From the human T2T-CHM13v2.0 reference genome, Homo sapiens: a DNA stretch of 64,000 bases. Of the stretch, positions 60,235 to 64,000 are shown in pieces. The notes beneath the pieces were generated by a model, which was not told where the DNA came from, searched no databases, and saw only the letters and a list, made by a program, of their open reading frames with translations. The position numbers and the translations under genes are program-made. How positions within the stretch are numbered: position 1 is the stretch's first letter; the number at the start of each line of letters is the position of its first letter. The stretch lies in assembly GCF_009914755.1 (NCBI RefSeq), contig NC_060945.1; one strand, written 5' to 3'.

Positions 60235-60977
60235 CACTGCCTTCAAAACCCCCTGTGCGCCACCTATTCATCCCTCCCGCCCCAAGCCCCAGATCTTTTT
60301 ACTGTCTCCATAGTTTGGCCTTTTCCAGAATGTCACATAGTTGGAGTCATACAGAATAAAGCCTCTTCAGGTTTTCTTTCACTTACTAATATGTCTTTAA
60401 GATTCTTTTATGCCTTTTCCCGGCATCTTAGCATTGAAGCATATTCCATGGTCTGTATGTATCACAGTTTATTTGCCCACTCACCTATTGAAGAGCATCT
60501 TGGTTGCTTCCAGGTTTGGGCAGTTATGAATAAAGCTGCCATAAATATTTGTGCACAAGTTTTTGTGTGCACATAAGATTTTAACACATTTGGATAAATA
60601 CCAAGAAGCACAATTGCTGGATCTTTTGGTAACAGCATGTTTAGTTTTGTAAGAAGCTGCCAAACGGTCTTCCAAAGTGACTGGGCCATTTTGCACTCCC
60701 AGCAGCAATGAACGAGCATTCCTGCCGCTCCACATCCTCCCCAGCTTTTGTGTTTCAGTGTCTTGGATTTTCACCACTCTGATAGGTGTATTGCAGTATC
60801 TTCTTCTTGTTTTATTTTGCAATTCCCTAGTGACATATCATGATAAGCATCTTCTCATATGCCTGCTTTCCATCTGCATGTCTTCTTTGAGGTGTCTGTT
60901 CATATCTTTTGGCCACTTTTAATCATCCTGAACTTTTCACAATCTATTTAGAATTAATACTGTACCGCCTCACATAA

Positions 60978-61437
<460 letters not shown>

Positions 61438-61652
61438 TAGTTGTTTTCTGAAGAAATTATGAAAATAAACTTCCAGATAGTTTTTTAATAGTTGCCTATA
61501 TATTTGCCATTTCTGATGTTTTTATTTCTTCTCAACTTCCAACTTATATTATATCCCTTCACTCTAAAGCATTTCTTTTTTCTTTTAATGTTTCTTGCAG
61601 TGCATATCTGCTAGTAACTAATTCTCTCAGCTTTTGCTGATTGGAACATGCC

Positions 61653-62050
<398 letters not shown>

Positions 62051-62261
62051 AAGGAACATGCCTTTATTTTGCCTTCATTGTGAAGGATGAGTTTTCATGG
62101 TGTGGAATTCTGCATTCACAGTTTGTTTTCTTTAAGAAGCTTAAAGATGTTGACTCACTTTCTTTCTGGCCTCCATTGTTTCTGATGAGAAGTCAGCTTA
62201 ATTTGATCATTATTCCTCTGTATGAAGTGTGTCTTTCTTCTCTGGCTGCTTTCTTTGGGGG

Positions 62262-62572
62262 TTTTTTGTTTGTTTGTTTGTTTGTTTGTTTGTTTTGTTT
62301 TGTTTTTGAGATGGAGTTTTTGCTCTGTTGCCCAGGCTAGAGTGCAGTGGTGCGATCTCGGCTCACTGCAACCTCCGCCTCCTGATTCTCCTGCCTCAGC
62401 CTCCAAGTAGCTGGGATTGCAGGTGCCCGCCACCAGGCCCAACTAATTTTTAGTAGAGACAGGATTTCACCATGTTGGCCAGGCTGGTCTCGAACTCTTG
62501 ACCTCAGGTGATCCACCCACCTCGGGCTCCCAAAGTGCTAGGATTACAGGCGTGAGCCACTGTGCCCAGGCC
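62262..62572 (-). mobile_element. Alu (AluS-like) with small deletions
   Basis: (tttg)n tail and dimer. Confidence 0.92.
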
Positions 62573-63723
62573 TCTGGCTGTTTTCAAGCTGTTGATTTCT
62601 TTCCTTTATCTTTAGGTTTCAGCAGTTGGACTATGATGTGCTTCAGTCTCATTTTCTTCTTATTTATCCTTCTTCATGTTCATTGAGCTTCCATGGACTA
62701 TGAATTTACCTTTTCAGCAAATTTGCAAAATTGTCAGCCATTACATGTTATATGTGCCATTCTTTCTCACTAATGACCTGTATGTTAGAAAGTTTGCTGT
62801 TGTCTTTCAAGTGACTGCAGCTTTGCGGTTTTTTATAATCTTTTTTTTCTTTGCCCTTCAAATTGGGTAATTTCTGTTGATCTGTCCTTGATTTCCCTGA
62901 CTCTTCCACTGACTCCAGACTTCTGTAAGTTGATCCATGAAGTTTTTTTTTGTTTAGGATATTATATTTTAAAATTCTAAAATTTGCACTTGACTCTTGT
63001 TCATAGATTTGTCTCTCGAGACTCCCCTCTGTTTACGATTTACTGACGCCGCTTTTGTTTCGGTGTTTGCACGTACCTGCAATTGCTGCATTAAAGTCTC
63101 GTTTGCTCATTTTGGCATCTGAGCCGGCAAGCGTCCAGGGTGTCTGAGGGATGATTTTCTCTTGGCCATGGGTCACATTTTCCTATTTCTTTGCATGTCT
63201 ATTTTTTATTGTAGACTAAGATTATGAATAACACCTAGGAGAGACATTGGATTTTGTTATCATCCTCTGAAGAGTGTTAATTTTGCTCCAGCAGTCAGTT
63301 CCGTTACTGACTGATCATCTGAACTTCGTGCAGCCTGGTTTTATGCTTTGTTGGGGTAGATCTCTAGACTGACCCTTCTGTGGTTTTAGTAGGAAGCCTG
63401 AGGTATTTATCAAGCCTCTCTAACTCGACTACATTTAAACTCCAAACTTTGTCTCCTCCACAGCAGGAGCTGAAACCTCTGCCACACTAGGCCCACAAAC
63501 ATGCGTCATTCAGGGATCCACCAAGGAACAGGGTAGTTTATACAGAATTTGGGTCCCACTGCCATGGCCTCCTCCTTTGGGAACTCTCCTTTCCATTTCC
63601 ATCCTCTCTGACAACCTAAAACTGTGTCATCTGACGCTTCAACCTGGAACTTTCTGCTTAAGTTTTAGCCATCTACATTATAAGGGCACTTTATAGCAAG
63701 AAATAGAATATTATTCCATTCTA

Positions 63724-64000
<277 letters not shown>

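Overview
Human (primate) genomic DNA: Alu, L1, L2, MIR, MLT/MST and MER repeats, GC-rich for roughly the first 50 kb, then AT-rich and L1/Alu-dense. The whole window lies inside the + strand gene PDE9A (cGMP-specific phosphodiesterase 9A, chr21q22.3), from intron 1 into intron 4. Three short canonical coding exons (30642-30712, 32367-32444, 43454-43497) splice in frame to [64 protein letters not shown], the PDE9A N-terminus. A 76-nt cassette exon at 41901-41976 would shift exon 4 into a second reading frame. Apart from ORFs overlapping these exons, the ORF track is repeat- or chance-derived. I see no evidence for a new protein-coding gene or a wholly new biological system. The most interesting signal is that the alternatively spliced exons sit among unusual local architectures: an AG|GTAAT recursive-splice-like start and an inverted Alu pair at exon 2, a ~520-bp non-Alu degenerate palindrome just before the cassette exon, and 128-bp direct repeats on both sides of exon 4. 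There are also several VNTRs, a phased KLF/SP motif array and some informative transposon rearrangements. Repeat subfamily names and most repeat boundaries are by-eye estimates.
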